A DNA stretch of 64,000 bases from a virus (IMGVR_UViG_3300022555_000023:8095-72094); one strand, 5' to 3'. Counted from the first letter of the stretch, positions 9,470-18,111 are shown. Numbers and translations are program-made. The notes: generated by a model not told the origin, from the sequence alone.

Positions 9470-9735
9470 GCTTCATGCGGTTCATGGCATGCCAAACATC
9501 GCAGGCATAATGATGCTGCGATGAAATTTGTGGCTTCAGTGATGAACTTCTCACGACGAGACGCTTCGTCCTTCTCATAGCGGCGGAACTTCTCATACAG
9601 GTTCTCAGCCAGGCGGCGAGCAAACTCGTCGTGATTACGCATCGCATCTCGGGCCTCCGTATCACATAGCATAACGGATGAAGGCCGTTCAGGCGACGTT
9701 ATGGCTTGGGGCACGGCCCGCCCGCGGGGCAGCAC
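9430..9735 (-). CDS. Hypothetical protein of 101 aa. Overlaps the start of the giant gene, which probably begins at a downstream Met.
   Basis: ORF only. Confidence 0.3.
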   Translation of the reverse strand: MLPRGRAVPQAITSPERPSSVMLCDTEARDAMRNHDEFARRLAENLYEKFRRYEKDEASRREKFITEATNFIAASLCLRCLACHEPHEACPPLTKDVSCQP

Positions 9736-10139
9736 GCTTTCTCTAGCGGCACCTTGATGGCGTAAGTGCAGACCGACTGATCGAACTTGCCCAACTGCTT
9801 AGCCTTATCATTGGAGTAGCTGGCTTCACATGTTCCCGGATACTCGCCGTTGGGCACGCAGGCACATAGCTCGTGTTTGACCACGCAGCCGCAGGGACTG
9901 ACGCTCTTGATCATGTGCAACGTCTTGGGCTGCTCGGGATTGGGCTTGCCGTCTTTGAACGCCGGCGGCTTGGTCATGTAGTCGTAGACCGTGGCTTTGC
10001 ACGGCCCATTCTTATGCGGGCACTCGGCAGGCACGGGAGCCGAGATGATGACCAGGCCGGGGTGCGTGACGTCGGGACATTCAATCTCGAAGTCGGCCCC
10101 AATGAAAGATGCTGCCAGTAGTAACGCTGCGGTTAACAT
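9699..10139 (-). CDS. Secreted cysteine-rich protein of 146 aa. N-terminal signal peptide and 14 Cys.
   Basis: MLTAALLLAASFIGA is followed by many CxxC, CC and CGC pairs. No family is recognisable. Confidence 0.55.
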   Translation of the reverse strand: MLTAALLLAASFIGADFEIECPDVTHPGLVIISAPVPAECPHKNGPCKATVYDYMTKPPAFKDGKPNPEQPKTLHMIKSVSPCGCVVKHELCACVPNGEYPGTCEASYSNDKAKQLGKFDQSVCTYAIKVPLEKACCPAGGPCPKP

Positions 10140-10161
10140 GATCTGTCTCCTAGAGGTTAGT

Positions 10162-10329
10162 TACTCAGACCAATCTGAGATTTGAGCGTAACGCTTTGCG
10201 ATATCCAGTTCGATCTGGAGCCGCTTGTTTTGTGCCCCGCTGCTGCACGCCTCGCCGCACCAATGATTCGCGGCGGCCAGCAAGATGATATTCAGGCAGA
10301 CAGAAATAATTAGGGCTGTGAGTAATACG
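10162..10329 (-). CDS. Small membrane protein of 55 aa (one N-terminal transmembrane segment)
   Basis: Translated by hand as MIAVLLTALIISVCLNIILLAAANHW... A GGAGGA ribosome-binding site precedes it. It is below the 60-aa cutoff of the ORF track. Confidence 0.3.
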
Positions 10330-10333
10330 GCGA

Positions 10334-10579
10334 TCATATTTCCTCCGTGTTGGTTCGACAGGTCGCTTCCTCCATACGAATGATCATGTCGTAGATACGA
10401 CGTGTTGACTCGTTGCAGGTTGCATCTGGCCCGGCCCGGCTGCCTACTTCATCGGTCTGCAACCACGATTCGTCTACGGCGGAGACCTTCGTATCGACGT
10501 GCGTGCGAGTGTTGGTCTCACGTATCCGCCCCAGGGTATTTTCCATGCGAAGCAAACGCTGCTTCAGGCTGTGTATCAT
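10334..10579 (-). CDS. Hypothetical protein of 81 aa
   Basis: ORF whose stop abuts the ribosome-binding site of the next gene. Confidence 0.3.
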   Translation of the reverse strand: MIHSLKQRLLRMENTLGRIRETNTRTHVDTKVSAVDESWLQTDEVGSRAGPDATCNESTRRIYDMIIRMEEATCRTNTEEI

Positions 10580-10785
10580 ATTGAGCCCCCTGGAAATGCA
10601 GCCCGCCCAGTCATTGGGCTTAAACGTTGCTCGCCTCGGGTGCTTCTAGATTTAAATGTGGGGCGGGGGCCTGAATCTGTTGCCGGGTCGGAAAAGCGAG
10701 TGGCGGCTGTGTTTGGCGCGTCCGACCCGATTTTCAAAGCTGTAGTCCCCGTGACCCCCCGTCCATGAGAAGCATCACGTCTCCT

Positions 10786-10860
10786 GTCTACATAGATACT
10801 GTCTACATAGATACTGTCTACATAGATACTGTCTACATAGATACTGTCTACATCCGCCCC
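10786..10860. repeat. Tandem direct repeat of a 15-bp unit, CTGTCTACATAGATA, with four full copies and one partial copy
   Basis: Seen directly in the sequence as ctgtctacatagata repeated four times then ctgtctacatcc. It lies inside a 1.3-kb low-coding, lower-GC region between two minus-strand gene blocks. Confidence 0.9.
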
Positions 10861-11124
10861 CATGACTTCCGTTTGCTTCGGTATGATATCCTTATCATAT
10901 TGTTGTTGAATCAACGTGTGACGCGACGCACAACCACGCAACATGTCTATACAGATCTTGTTACGTCGCTGTGCGTTCATTACGCTACTCCTGTACACCG
11001 TCTTCGATCACGCGACGCAACCGTGATCTCCTGCGATCACTGGATGTCTTGCGTTGCACACGTCCATTAGATTACAGTTACTGTTCGCGTGTGTATGATC
11101 TTCATTCATCGTTCGTTTCATGAA

Positions 11125-11146
11125 GACGCGTCCTGTCACGCGTCTC
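11125..11146. promoter_or_regulatory. Perfect 8-bp inverted repeat, AGACGCGT then cctgtc then ACGCGTCT, in the same non-coding region
   Basis: Seen directly in the sequence. It could be an operator or a hairpin. Confidence 0.3.
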
Positions 11147-11474
11147 ACGCTCGTCCTTGGGTTTAAATCTTCCCTTAGAGTTGCCCAGCCATCTGTATGA
11201 CGTACACATCGTGCAACGCACGCTGCGTCTACGCTTACCGTTGGTCTTACGTCGTGTGCCCATGTGCGTGTGTGATCTCGTGGCTAACAGATGATCTTGG
11301 GTTGTTGGTCAGGCAGCGGGTCTCCAGTCGTTACCCTATTGGGCACACGTGGGTCCTGGATAGGCGGGCCAACAGGAAACGTCCCTAGCCCAGGCTGCAC
11401 TGTAGGCCCGCATGCACACGACCGCACCCACGGGGCGTTGGCCCTTCCACACTTCGGGCACGTCCATCCTTCGT

Positions 11475-11702
11475 TCATGGCTTGGCTACCTCATGTGCCG
11501 TAATAGTGATACTGCCGCCCGCGTCAACGACCGGCTTATCGTTGGCGACCAATTGGCGTAACAGGCCGATGGCACTTAGGCCGTGAAATTGGGCCTCTGT
11601 GTAACTGGCCTGTGTGATGATCATGTTGTCCTTGTCCTTGGCGACAACGTTGTAGGTCATGGTCATGATTTCGGCTCCTGTGATGTTGAAAAGTAAATAC
11701 AA
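11475..11702 (-). CDS. Hypothetical protein of 75 aa
   Basis: ORF at the distal end of the long minus-strand operon. Confidence 0.4.
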   Translation of the reverse strand: MYLLFNITGAEIMTMTYNVVAKDKDNMIITQASYTEAQFHGLSAIGLLRQLVANDKPVVDAGGSITITAHEVAKP

Positions 11703-12226
11703 TCGCTCTCGTGAAAATGCCTTGTTGTTCCGCCCTTGTAAATCTTGATTTCGGCCTGTGGGAATTCCTCGTGGAACATGGCCTCAGTTAATACGTGCAA
11801 ATGCAACTTGTCTGTGGGCCAGTTAATCGGCTCGAAGACTCGCAGCACTTTTGCACATGACTTCGCCTTCCTTAGTATCATTCTGGGATCGACTACATGC
11901 TGCAGCACGTTGAAGATCCACGCTTCATCGAAAATCGAGGGTGCCTCGTACTGCTCGAACGGCAGGGGGATGATCTCGACGTCGTCTCGTTGCAGCTTGT
12001 CATGATACGCGACCCACAGCGGATCAACGTTCACGGCTCTGCGAAACATCGGCAAGTTGCCGCATACCGGAAAGTTTCCACCGCCGATCTCCAGGATCGT
12101 TCTGTCTGCTACGTCCTCGGCTGTGATGGCGAGATACTGGAAAACCTCATAGTTTCGGCGACTAACATCAGCGTTCTGGCCGTGATGCTTCTCATGGCTC
12201 TGGGCCTCGATCCATTGTTTGTTCAT
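11663..12226 (-). CDS. Class I SAM-dependent methyltransferase of 187 aa
   Basis: Motif I ILEIGGGNF is followed by an acidic residue at the end of beta-2 (AVNVDP). Confidence 0.65.
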   Translation of the reverse strand: MNKQWIEAQSHEKHHGQNADVSRRNYEVFQYLAITAEDVADRTILEIGGGNFPVCGNLPMFRRAVNVDPLWVAYHDKLQRDDVEIIPLPFEQYEAPSIFDEAWIFNVLQHVVDPRMILRKAKSCAKVLRVFEPINWPTDKLHLHVLTEAMFHEEFPQAEIKIYKGGTTRHFHESDCIYFSTSQEPKS

Positions 12227-12471
12227 TTTGGCCCCTTCAAGCTCGTCATACTATCGTACAACAGGAAAGCGGTTCGTTGAAATTCTCGCACTGCCTTTCT
12301 CAACTTGGTCTGGGCCTCGCTGGATGCGGCTTTAATATCCATCATTTTTAAGGCCCTTGTGTCGGCCTCGATATTCGCGGCCAGATGAGCGGCCCTCAAA
12401 TTGGCTTGTGGATCCGGCTCGGGTTTTACGGGATTTTCGGGCAAGCTGGCTATGGTCAGTTTACGATCCAT
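12223..12471 (-). CDS. Hypothetical protein of 82 aa
   Basis: ORF with ATGA overlaps to both neighbours. Confidence 0.45.
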   Translation of the reverse strand: MDRKLTIASLPENPVKPEPDPQANLRAAHLAANIEADTRALKMMDIKAASSEAQTKLRKAVREFQRTAFLLYDSMTSLKGPK

Positions 12472-12475
12472 GATA

Positions 12476-13177
12476 TTACGCCAGCCTGTACTTCGTGAAC
12501 GTCCAGAAGGTCTCGAACAATGGGCAGTAGCGGCAGAACCTGTGAAACTCCGCCGTAGCCTCGTCCTGGAGAAGCCTGATGATTCTGGTTTCAGACTTCG
12601 ACTTGTGCTCGCCGGTTTGTGATATGACCCACTTGCCGCGGAAGGCCCGCGCTAGATTGAGCCTGTAATCCTCGGATGCATGAGTCGGCTCGACAGTCAT
12701 ATCATCAAAAACAACGTCGTACTTGTCGGCGTTCTCGTACAAGTATCGGAACGCGTCACCTACGTTCACGTGCAGCTTGTGGGCCTCGCCGTTAAGGCTT
12801 ATGGGAAAGTGCCGCCGGCAAACGTCGAGAACCTCGCTATCAATCTCACAGCATGTGACTCGTGCCACGTTGGGCAGGTCGCATAGCTCGGCTGCCAGGC
12901 TGCCGTCGCCTCCGCCCATGATCAAGACCCGCATGTGATCCATGTCGGGCAGCAGGTCGAGCATAGCCCGATCATACTCAGTATCACTGTTGGCCGACAT
13001 AACATCGTCGCCCACGATGAGGGTCTTGCCATGAGCCTCATGATCCATGACCCTAATGATCTGAAAAGGCGACTTGCGCTCTTCGAGAATTCCAGAGAAC
13101 TTGTACCTGACCGGCCCGACGCGGTCTTCACTGTAGATAGTCAGGGATAATCCGTCATCGTCCCACTGTGAGTTCAT
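12476..13177 (-). CDS. speE: Spermidine synthase-like polyamine aminopropyltransferase (PABS fold) of 233 aa
   Basis: Matches the PABS family: VLIMGGGDGSLAAEL against VLIIGGGDGGVLREV, KSPFQIIRVMD/HEAHGKTLIVGD against SPFQ..GKVLVLDG, and YDVVFDDMT against FDVIIVDS. Confidence 0.75.
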   Translation of the reverse strand: MNSQWDDDGLSLTIYSEDRVGPVRYKFSGILEERKSPFQIIRVMDHEAHGKTLIVGDDVMSANSDTEYDRAMLDLLPDMDHMRVLIMGGGDGSLAAELCDLPNVARVTCCEIDSEVLDVCRRHFPISLNGEAHKLHVNVGDAFRYLYENADKYDVVFDDMTVEPTHASEDYRLNLARAFRGKWVISQTGEHKSKSETRIIRLLQDEATAEFHRFCRYCPLFETFWTFTKYRLA

Positions 13178-13718
13178 TTGTCTTTCCTGTCAGGTCATCG
13201 TGAGGTGCATCCCGATACAGGAAGTTAACTTTCCTGAACTTGGGCTTGAATCGTTCGTCGATCATCTTCAGGACGACCGACTGGTCATACGGCTTGCACG
13301 AGAAGATATCGAAGTACATGCTGCCGATGCGGTTGTCGCCGTGCATGGAGATGTTACTGGTTGTGATAAGCTGTAACGCACTCCAGCCACCATCGGAATC
13401 CGTGCCGAAGTTATACAGGAACGGCTCGCCCACGGCGGTCATCTTGATGGCCGCGACCAGATCCTTGATGAACTTCTTGATCTGCTTGCCGTCGTCGATG
13501 TTCTTGTTGCAGCCGGAGCAGTCCACCATCATGTGAAAGCCCCAATGCTCCTTGCCGTCTTCGCCCGTGAACAGATCATTTCGGGGATCGCGTTTGAGGT
13601 CGACTACGGGCGACTCGGGAATCGCGGCGGCATCTACGGGAGCGTCGCCCTGGGCCAGTTTGAGGTCGGCCTCGCGACCAGGCCGCAGGGACAGGAAAGA
13701 ATTCAGTTCGTGGTTCAT
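13155..13718 (-). CDS. speD: S-adenosylmethionine decarboxylase proenzyme (pyruvoyl-dependent, SpeH/SpeD-like) of 187 aa
   Basis: HMMVDCSGCN (GxHxxxDxxGC) and LITTSNISMHGDN against the ESHISIHTWPE self-cleavage site region. It is adjacent to the aminopropyltransferase. Confidence 0.7.
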   Translation of the reverse strand: MNHELNSFLSLRPGREADLKLAQGDAPVDAAAIPESPVVDLKRDPRNDLFTGEDGKEHWGFHMMVDCSGCNKNIDDGKQIKKFIKDLVAAIKMTAVGEPFLYNFGTDSDGGWSALQLITTSNISMHGDNRIGSMYFDIFSCKPYDQSVVLKMIDERFKPKFRKVNFLYRDAPHDDLTGKTNELTVGR

Positions 13719-14008
13719 ACTATTGCGCCTCTCGTGATATGAAAATGAGCGTGGCCCGCACTCGATGCGTCGATGCTCGGCTCGATGGTTATCGTGTCAA
13801 AGTCCTCGTCGCCAATCAACGTCCACGTATGATCCTGTCGTGCCGGATGGCACAAGATGTACTGGTCGTCGATGGCTTCGCGTCCCTTATGATGAAACTG
13901 TACCGCCAACCTGATATTCCTGCAACAGGGACAGTCGAACGTCAGGCCCACAAGTACGGTCTCGCCGGCGAAGGTCCACCACCGCGGGTTCAGTTCTCTC
14001 AGCCTCAT
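13715..14008 (-). CDS. Hypothetical protein of 97 aa
   Basis: ORF with ATGA overlaps. Confidence 0.45.
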   Translation of the reverse strand: MRLRELNPRWWTFAGETVLVGLTFDCPCCRNIRLAVQFHHKGREAIDDQYILCHPARQDHTWTLIGDEDFDTITIEPSIDASSAGHAHFHITRGAIV

Positions 14009-14667
14009 GATTTCCCTTCATGAAACTCGATGCCCACAATCCTGGGCACGCTGCCTTCGTACATCGTGGCTTGTTCGTTGGCTCGCCGGATGTCAACTTC
14101 GGTCTGCTTGAAGGGCAGGGTCAGGCATCGGAACCAGGCCGACACGACCTTGCCGTTGTGGGTCTCGATATCGAGGTAGTTACCCTCGCTATGCACGCTG
14201 CCGCCGTAGTATCGCGTGCCCTTGGCCCGGCAGGCGGCCTGTTGGTGCTTATGCCCACCGAAGGCCAGCAGGCCCGCTAGAAAGCCGTGTATGCGAGCCA
14301 GGGCCGTGGGCTTGGGCTGTTGTTCGCTTACAAAAGGCGGCTCGACGAGATGCTCGATGATATTGCGGGCGTCGCGTAGCAGGTCGCACGACATCCAGCG
14401 GCCCGCGTCTTTGTGCTGGCGGGACGCCTCGTCGAGTTGCTCCAGAACCGGCACTTCTTCGAGATTCTCCCGAATGAACACGGCCTTCTTCTCTGGGAAC
14501 CAGGCGGGCCACGAGCATACCATACAGTCGACTCCGCGATAGCCTTCGACTCGCAGCATAGTACCGTCGCCGGCACGATCACGAACGATACTGTTCTCGC
14601 GGATCATAATATGATCTCCGTTAGGGCTTGTTGGCCTTCGGAATTTCCGGAGCCAGCGGGATATCAA
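14005..14667 (-). CDS. Hypothetical protein of 220 aa
   Basis: ORF with ATGA overlap. Confidence 0.5.
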   Translation of the reverse strand: MISRWLRKFRRPTSPNGDHIMIRENSIVRDRAGDGTMLRVEGYRGVDCMVCSWPAWFPEKKAVFIRENLEEVPVLEQLDEASRQHKDAGRWMSCDLLRDARNIIEHLVEPPFVSEQQPKPTALARIHGFLAGLLAFGGHKHQQAACRAKGTRYYGGSVHSEGNYLDIETHNGKVVSAWFRCLTLPFKQTEVDIRRANEQATMYEGSVPRIVGIEFHEGKS

Positions 14668-15130
14668 CCAGAGGAACCGTAGGATGCGGGCTATGCGTTC
14701 CCTGCCGCGACATCACGATCTTGACGGTCGATAGCACCTCGTCGATCTTCTTCTCGTTGTTCGCGGCGATACTGGCCGCAGCGTCGATCTTCTTGTTGCC
14801 GTCCTCGACTTTGGCGAGGGCTTTGTCGACATCGGTCTTGATGGCCGTAACAGTGGACTCGATGCCAGCCACCTTGGCCGATGTTTCGACTTGCCGAGTG
14901 CTCACCGTAGTAAGCCAAGTCTTCATGCTGTCCACCGTGACCTCGTCCTTGGTCTGCTGCACGAGCTTCGCGTCATGATCGGCCTGGCAATGGTTGCGAT
15001 ACTCGATATAGCCGATGACCACACCGATGCATCCGAACAGTCCTAACCACAATTCCCAACGGGTGTTGGTCTTTGGGCCGTGTTTGCTGGTCATCTTGAT
15101 TTCAACGTCGTTGGCGTCGGTCGACATCAT
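14621..15130 (-). CDS. Membrane-anchored coiled-coil protein of 169 aa (N-terminal transmembrane segment then coiled coil). Possibly related to spanins or lysis.
   Basis: Transmembrane segment WELWLGLFGCIGVVIGYI is followed by an Ala/Lys/Glu heptad-rich segment. Confidence 0.5.
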   Translation of the reverse strand: MMSTDANDVEIKMTSKHGPKTNTRWELWLGLFGCIGVVIGYIEYRNHCQADHDAKLVQQTKDEVTVDSMKTWLTTVSTRQVETSAKVAGIESTVTAIKTDVDKALAKVEDGNKKIDAAASIAANNEKKIDEVLSTVKIVMSRQGTHSPHPTVPLVDIPLAPEIPKANKP

Positions 15131-15501
15131 TTGCCTCCAGTGGACTTGCCCTTCAGTTCTTCGATTTCTTTCTGCATATTCGAGATGACCACGCCTCGAT
15201 CAGAAAGTACCTTCTTCATGTCGTTGATATCTTCCTGCATGGTTTTCATATACTCGCCATTCTTGGCGATAGCTGCCGCATTACTCTTCATCTGGCTGGG
15301 CACGTATCCCGAGTCGCTGGCCAGATTGATCAACAGGATCGCGAGGAGCAAACCCATGAAGCCCAGCACCGCATATAGAATCTTGCGTAACGTCCTGATT
15401 TCCGGATCCGTGTATCGGCTCGCCTCCTGATGATTTGTGGGCTTAGTGCGAAGCCTCAGACAGCATCTTACCGTTTTCAGGAAATAACCGCCACATCGCA
15501 A
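15127..15501 (-). CDS. Second membrane-anchored coiled-coil protein of 124 aa
   Basis: Transmembrane segment ILYAVLGFMGLLLAILLINL, then a coiled coil. ATGA overlap with the previous gene. Confidence 0.5.
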   Translation of the reverse strand: MRCGGYFLKTVRCCLRLRTKPTNHQEASRYTDPEIRTLRKILYAVLGFMGLLLAILLINLASDSGYVPSQMKSNAAAIAKNGEYMKTMQEDINDMKKVLSDRGVVISNMQKEIEELKGKSTGGK

Positions 15502-15502
15502 A

Positions 15503-15700
15503 TTACGGGCTGATAACTCGACGAAAAGATTCGCAGTGCATCAACACATAAACCGTAAGGCACGAGGTCATGATAGAAACTATCGCAGCCACGATCATAA
15601 CATAAGCCAACTTCATGATATGCCTCACGCGAACAGTATGAACACCGAAAGCAGGGCTTCCAGTGCCGATAGGATCTGTGGCAAGTGACCCTCGATCCAA
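15503..15700 (-). CDS. Small membrane protein of 65 aa (holin-like size)
   Basis: Hydrophobic core MIVAAIVSIMTSCLTVYVLM. Confidence 0.35.
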   Translation of the reverse strand: MDRGSLATDPIGTGSPAFGVHTVRVRHIMKLAYVMIVAAIVSIMTSCLTVYVLMHCESFRRVISP

Positions 15701-16047
15701 GTGATGATACTGCCCCAGTTGAACGTGGCCATCATCAGTTCGCCGATGCCGTAGCCGAGGTTATCAGCGGCGGCCATCGATGCGACCTTACCATGCATGA
15801 CGTCGATCAGGTTGCACGTCTCGCCTTTGTCGTTCTTCCGCATGGGCCGGGCTAGGGCTTCATGCACCGTGTCGGCCTGCTGCTGCGTGATCTTGCCCGC
15901 CCGCAACTGCGTGTGGGTCGCCCGATACATTGCCAAGCTGAACAGCGGATGGTGGAATAGGGCTTCGCTCATGTTAAAAATCCCTTGGGTTTCAGGTGCG
16001 TTCCAGCCTAAGTAGCCAGTCGCGTGCGTGGTTTCGATACCGCCCAT
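15625..16047 (-). CDS. Hypothetical protein of 140 aa with a hydrophobic C-terminus
   Basis: ORF. It overlaps 15503..15700, so one of the two starts is probably wrong. Confidence 0.4.
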   Translation of the reverse strand: MGGIETTHATGYLGWNAPETQGIFNMSEALFHHPLFSLAMYRATHTQLRAGKITQQQADTVHEALARPMRKNDKGETCNLIDVMHGKVASMAAADNLGYGIGELMMATFNWGSIITWIEGHLPQILSALEALLSVFILFA

Positions 16048-16059
16048 TATAGCCTGCTA

Positions 16060-16554
16060 TCAGAAACCGTCCTGAGCCTCGTTGCGGGCCGCAACCAGGC
16101 GTTCCAGTTCGGCCTCCAGATCGCGGACTCGCTCCTCGGTAGCAAAGTCGGCAACCCTGCCGCACATGCGTTCCATGAGGCTGAGCAGGTACATGCTCTT
16201 GCCACTGCGGGCATGACGGATCCAGTCGGCCACGAAGCCCTCCAGAACTTCATCCGTCATCTGGGCTCGGATAGCCGCCTGGATGCGGTTCTGCTCGCGC
16301 ACATACGGATTGCCGCCACTGCACCGATTACCTCTGAGAAACTTGCCCGACACCGGATCCCTGCCCGATGATGTCGACGTTGCTGCTTCGGTGGGCAACG
16401 CCGGCGGATCCTGCTTCGTATTCGGGTCGGAAGTGATACGCCTTCGATTGATACTCATTATCGTCCTACCAGTTGAATTACCGGCTGCGTTCCGGTCGCC
16501 GTAGATCGCTACCGCGTGCGGCAGCCAGGCAACCCACAGATAAAAACGCAGCAT
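16060..16554 (-). CDS. Hypothetical protein of about 130-164 aa
   Basis: ORF. The start is uncertain and may be at internal MSINRRR. Confidence 0.45.
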   Translation of the reverse strand: MLRFYLWVAWLPHAVAIYGDRNAAGNSTGRTIMSINRRRITSDPNTKQDPPALPTEAATSTSSGRDPVSGKFLRGNRCSGGNPYVREQNRIQAAIRAQMTDEVLEGFVADWIRHARSGKSMYLLSLMERMCGRVADFATEERVRDLEAELERLVAARNEAQDGF

Positions 16555-16607
16555 CCATAACCATCGATCTTACATCGGGACCGGACTGCGTCAATACAAG
16601 TTAGCGG

Positions 16608-16850
16608 TTATTTCAGATCTTTCATCCAAAGATCATACTCTAACGCCACGTCGCGGTACTGCCTATGAAAGTGTTCCACGCTTTCGGCATCCCGCAGTTC
16701 GCTTGCGATCTGCATAGCACAAATGTTCCTGATCATTCGCAGATGGTAACCGATTACGCGTCGCAGTTGTTTGCACGCTTTGATCAACTGCCACGCACAT
16801 GCCAGGTTGATGAACGCGGCGGCGATAAAAACGAACCACATAACGGTCAC
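16608..16850 (-). CDS. Small membrane protein of 80 aa
   Basis: N-terminal transmembrane segment MTVMWFVFIAAAFINLACA. ATGA overlap. Confidence 0.45.
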   Translation of the reverse strand: MTVMWFVFIAAAFINLACAWQLIKACKQLRRVIGYHLRMIRNICAMQIASELRDAESVEHFHRQYRDVALEYDLWMKDLK

Positions 16851-17599
16851 AGTTCACCACCGTTGGGCAGATTCTGGATGCGTCGTCGCTTCGGGCGTAA
16901 CTGCGGAGCAGTCGCACCAGGCGGGTCACGCAGATTGGGAATGCACGGCTCTTGGTCGATTTGCCGAATGCTGGCAAAAACGGCGGGCGGTATCTGCATC
17001 GCACGCATCACTCGCTGTTCTAACTCACGCATCTCCTCGGTGATATCTCGGGCTCGCGGCGTATTGGGGTTGCGCGGCTCACACGTCGGCCCAGTTGGTA
17101 CGACGTAGCGAAGATCGAGGGCGTCTTCAATACTACCGCCGTTGTGGACGCTTGGAATGACCGCGACCACCGAATCATGCATTGGGGCCGCTGTATAGCG
17201 GTGCCGATCCATCGCGTCGCGGAACGGCTCCATCGCTTCAAACGCACCATTCAGTGCCGTATCCAGGCCCGTACCAGCGAACACGTCCATCAGGGTGCGG
17301 CCCTGCGGCGGGTCTCGCAGTTCGGGCGGCTCAGGCCGCGGCGTTGCGCTCTGCACAGCCCACCGTAGACAATGCAAAGAGTTGATCATACAACTGCTCC
17401 ATCCCGATGGTGACGACGGATCAGGACTTGAATGTCTGATCACAGCTTCGCCCGCTTCCTTCAGAGCATCGCGATGCTGGGTGATGCGGGCGACGAAGTT
17501 GACCAGTTCATGATACTCCTCAGACGACGCATGGTTGCGTCGGGCTTGGTTGTAATTCCCCAGCAGTCTGTCCAGCGTTCGTCGTTCGTCTTGCGTCAT
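16847..17599 (-). CDS. Hypothetical protein of 250 aa ending in the C-terminal tag RRRIQNLPNGGEL
   Basis: ORF. The tag is coded at 16850-16888. Confidence 0.55.
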   Translation of the reverse strand: MTQDERRTLDRLLGNYNQARRNHASSEEYHELVNFVARITQHRDALKEAGEAVIRHSSPDPSSPSGWSSCMINSLHCLRWAVQSATPRPEPPELRDPPQGRTLMDVFAGTGLDTALNGAFEAMEPFRDAMDRHRYTAAPMHDSVVAVIPSVHNGGSIEDALDLRYVVPTGPTCEPRNPNTPRARDITEEMRELEQRVMRAMQIPPAVFASIRQIDQEPCIPNLRDPPGATAPQLRPKRRRIQNLPNGGEL

Positions 17600-17603
17600 G
17601 ATT

Positions 17604-18068
17604 TTACTCCATCCATGCCAGACACCCCGGCGTGCTACATCGTCCCCAGCAATGCCCGTTGATAGCCGCTATCGATAGCGTCAGCCGCCCGCCGCAGCCA
17701 GTCGGGCAATCTACGGTCTCCTGAGCGTTCTGGCGTTTGTGGCGGCTCCTGAAGGCATCCACGGTATCGGCGGCCATAGCATGACGTTCGAGAATACGGA
17801 TTAGTTCGATGTTCCTGGCTCGGCCCTCGGCCCGCGTGAACATAGCGAAATGATCACACGGCACGCGGTTTGAGTCCGATGCGTCGCTCAGTTTCCGGCA
17901 CGGTGCACGCAGTGCCCAGCCGATGTCAACCCCGCCTATCAGTCGCCTGATATCGATGTCCATAGCACACGGACGATCCTCTAACATGCCGCGAAAATGT
18001 CGGCATATCTGATCAGGCCCGGCCATCTTCGGGGCGGTTCTCATCCTGCGTCGTTCAGGCATGGTCAT
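17604..18068 (-). CDS. Hypothetical protein of 154 aa starting MTMPERRRMRT (N-terminal tag)
   Basis: ORF. Member of the tag family. Confidence 0.5.
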   Translation of the reverse strand: MTMPERRRMRTAPKMAGPDQICRHFRGMLEDRPCAMDIDIRRLIGGVDIGWALRAPCRKLSDASDSNRVPCDHFAMFTRAEGRARNIELIRILERHAMAADTVDAFRSRHKRQNAQETVDCPTGCGGRLTLSIAAINGHCWGRCSTPGCLAWME

Positions 18069-18111
18069 CTTTCAGTGGCGACGGCTTCATCATACGATGA
18101 CGCAATCACGA

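Noticed and set aside
10786-10860. CRISPR array
   Set aside because: The 15-bp units are directly contiguous with no spacers. This is a simple tandem repeat.
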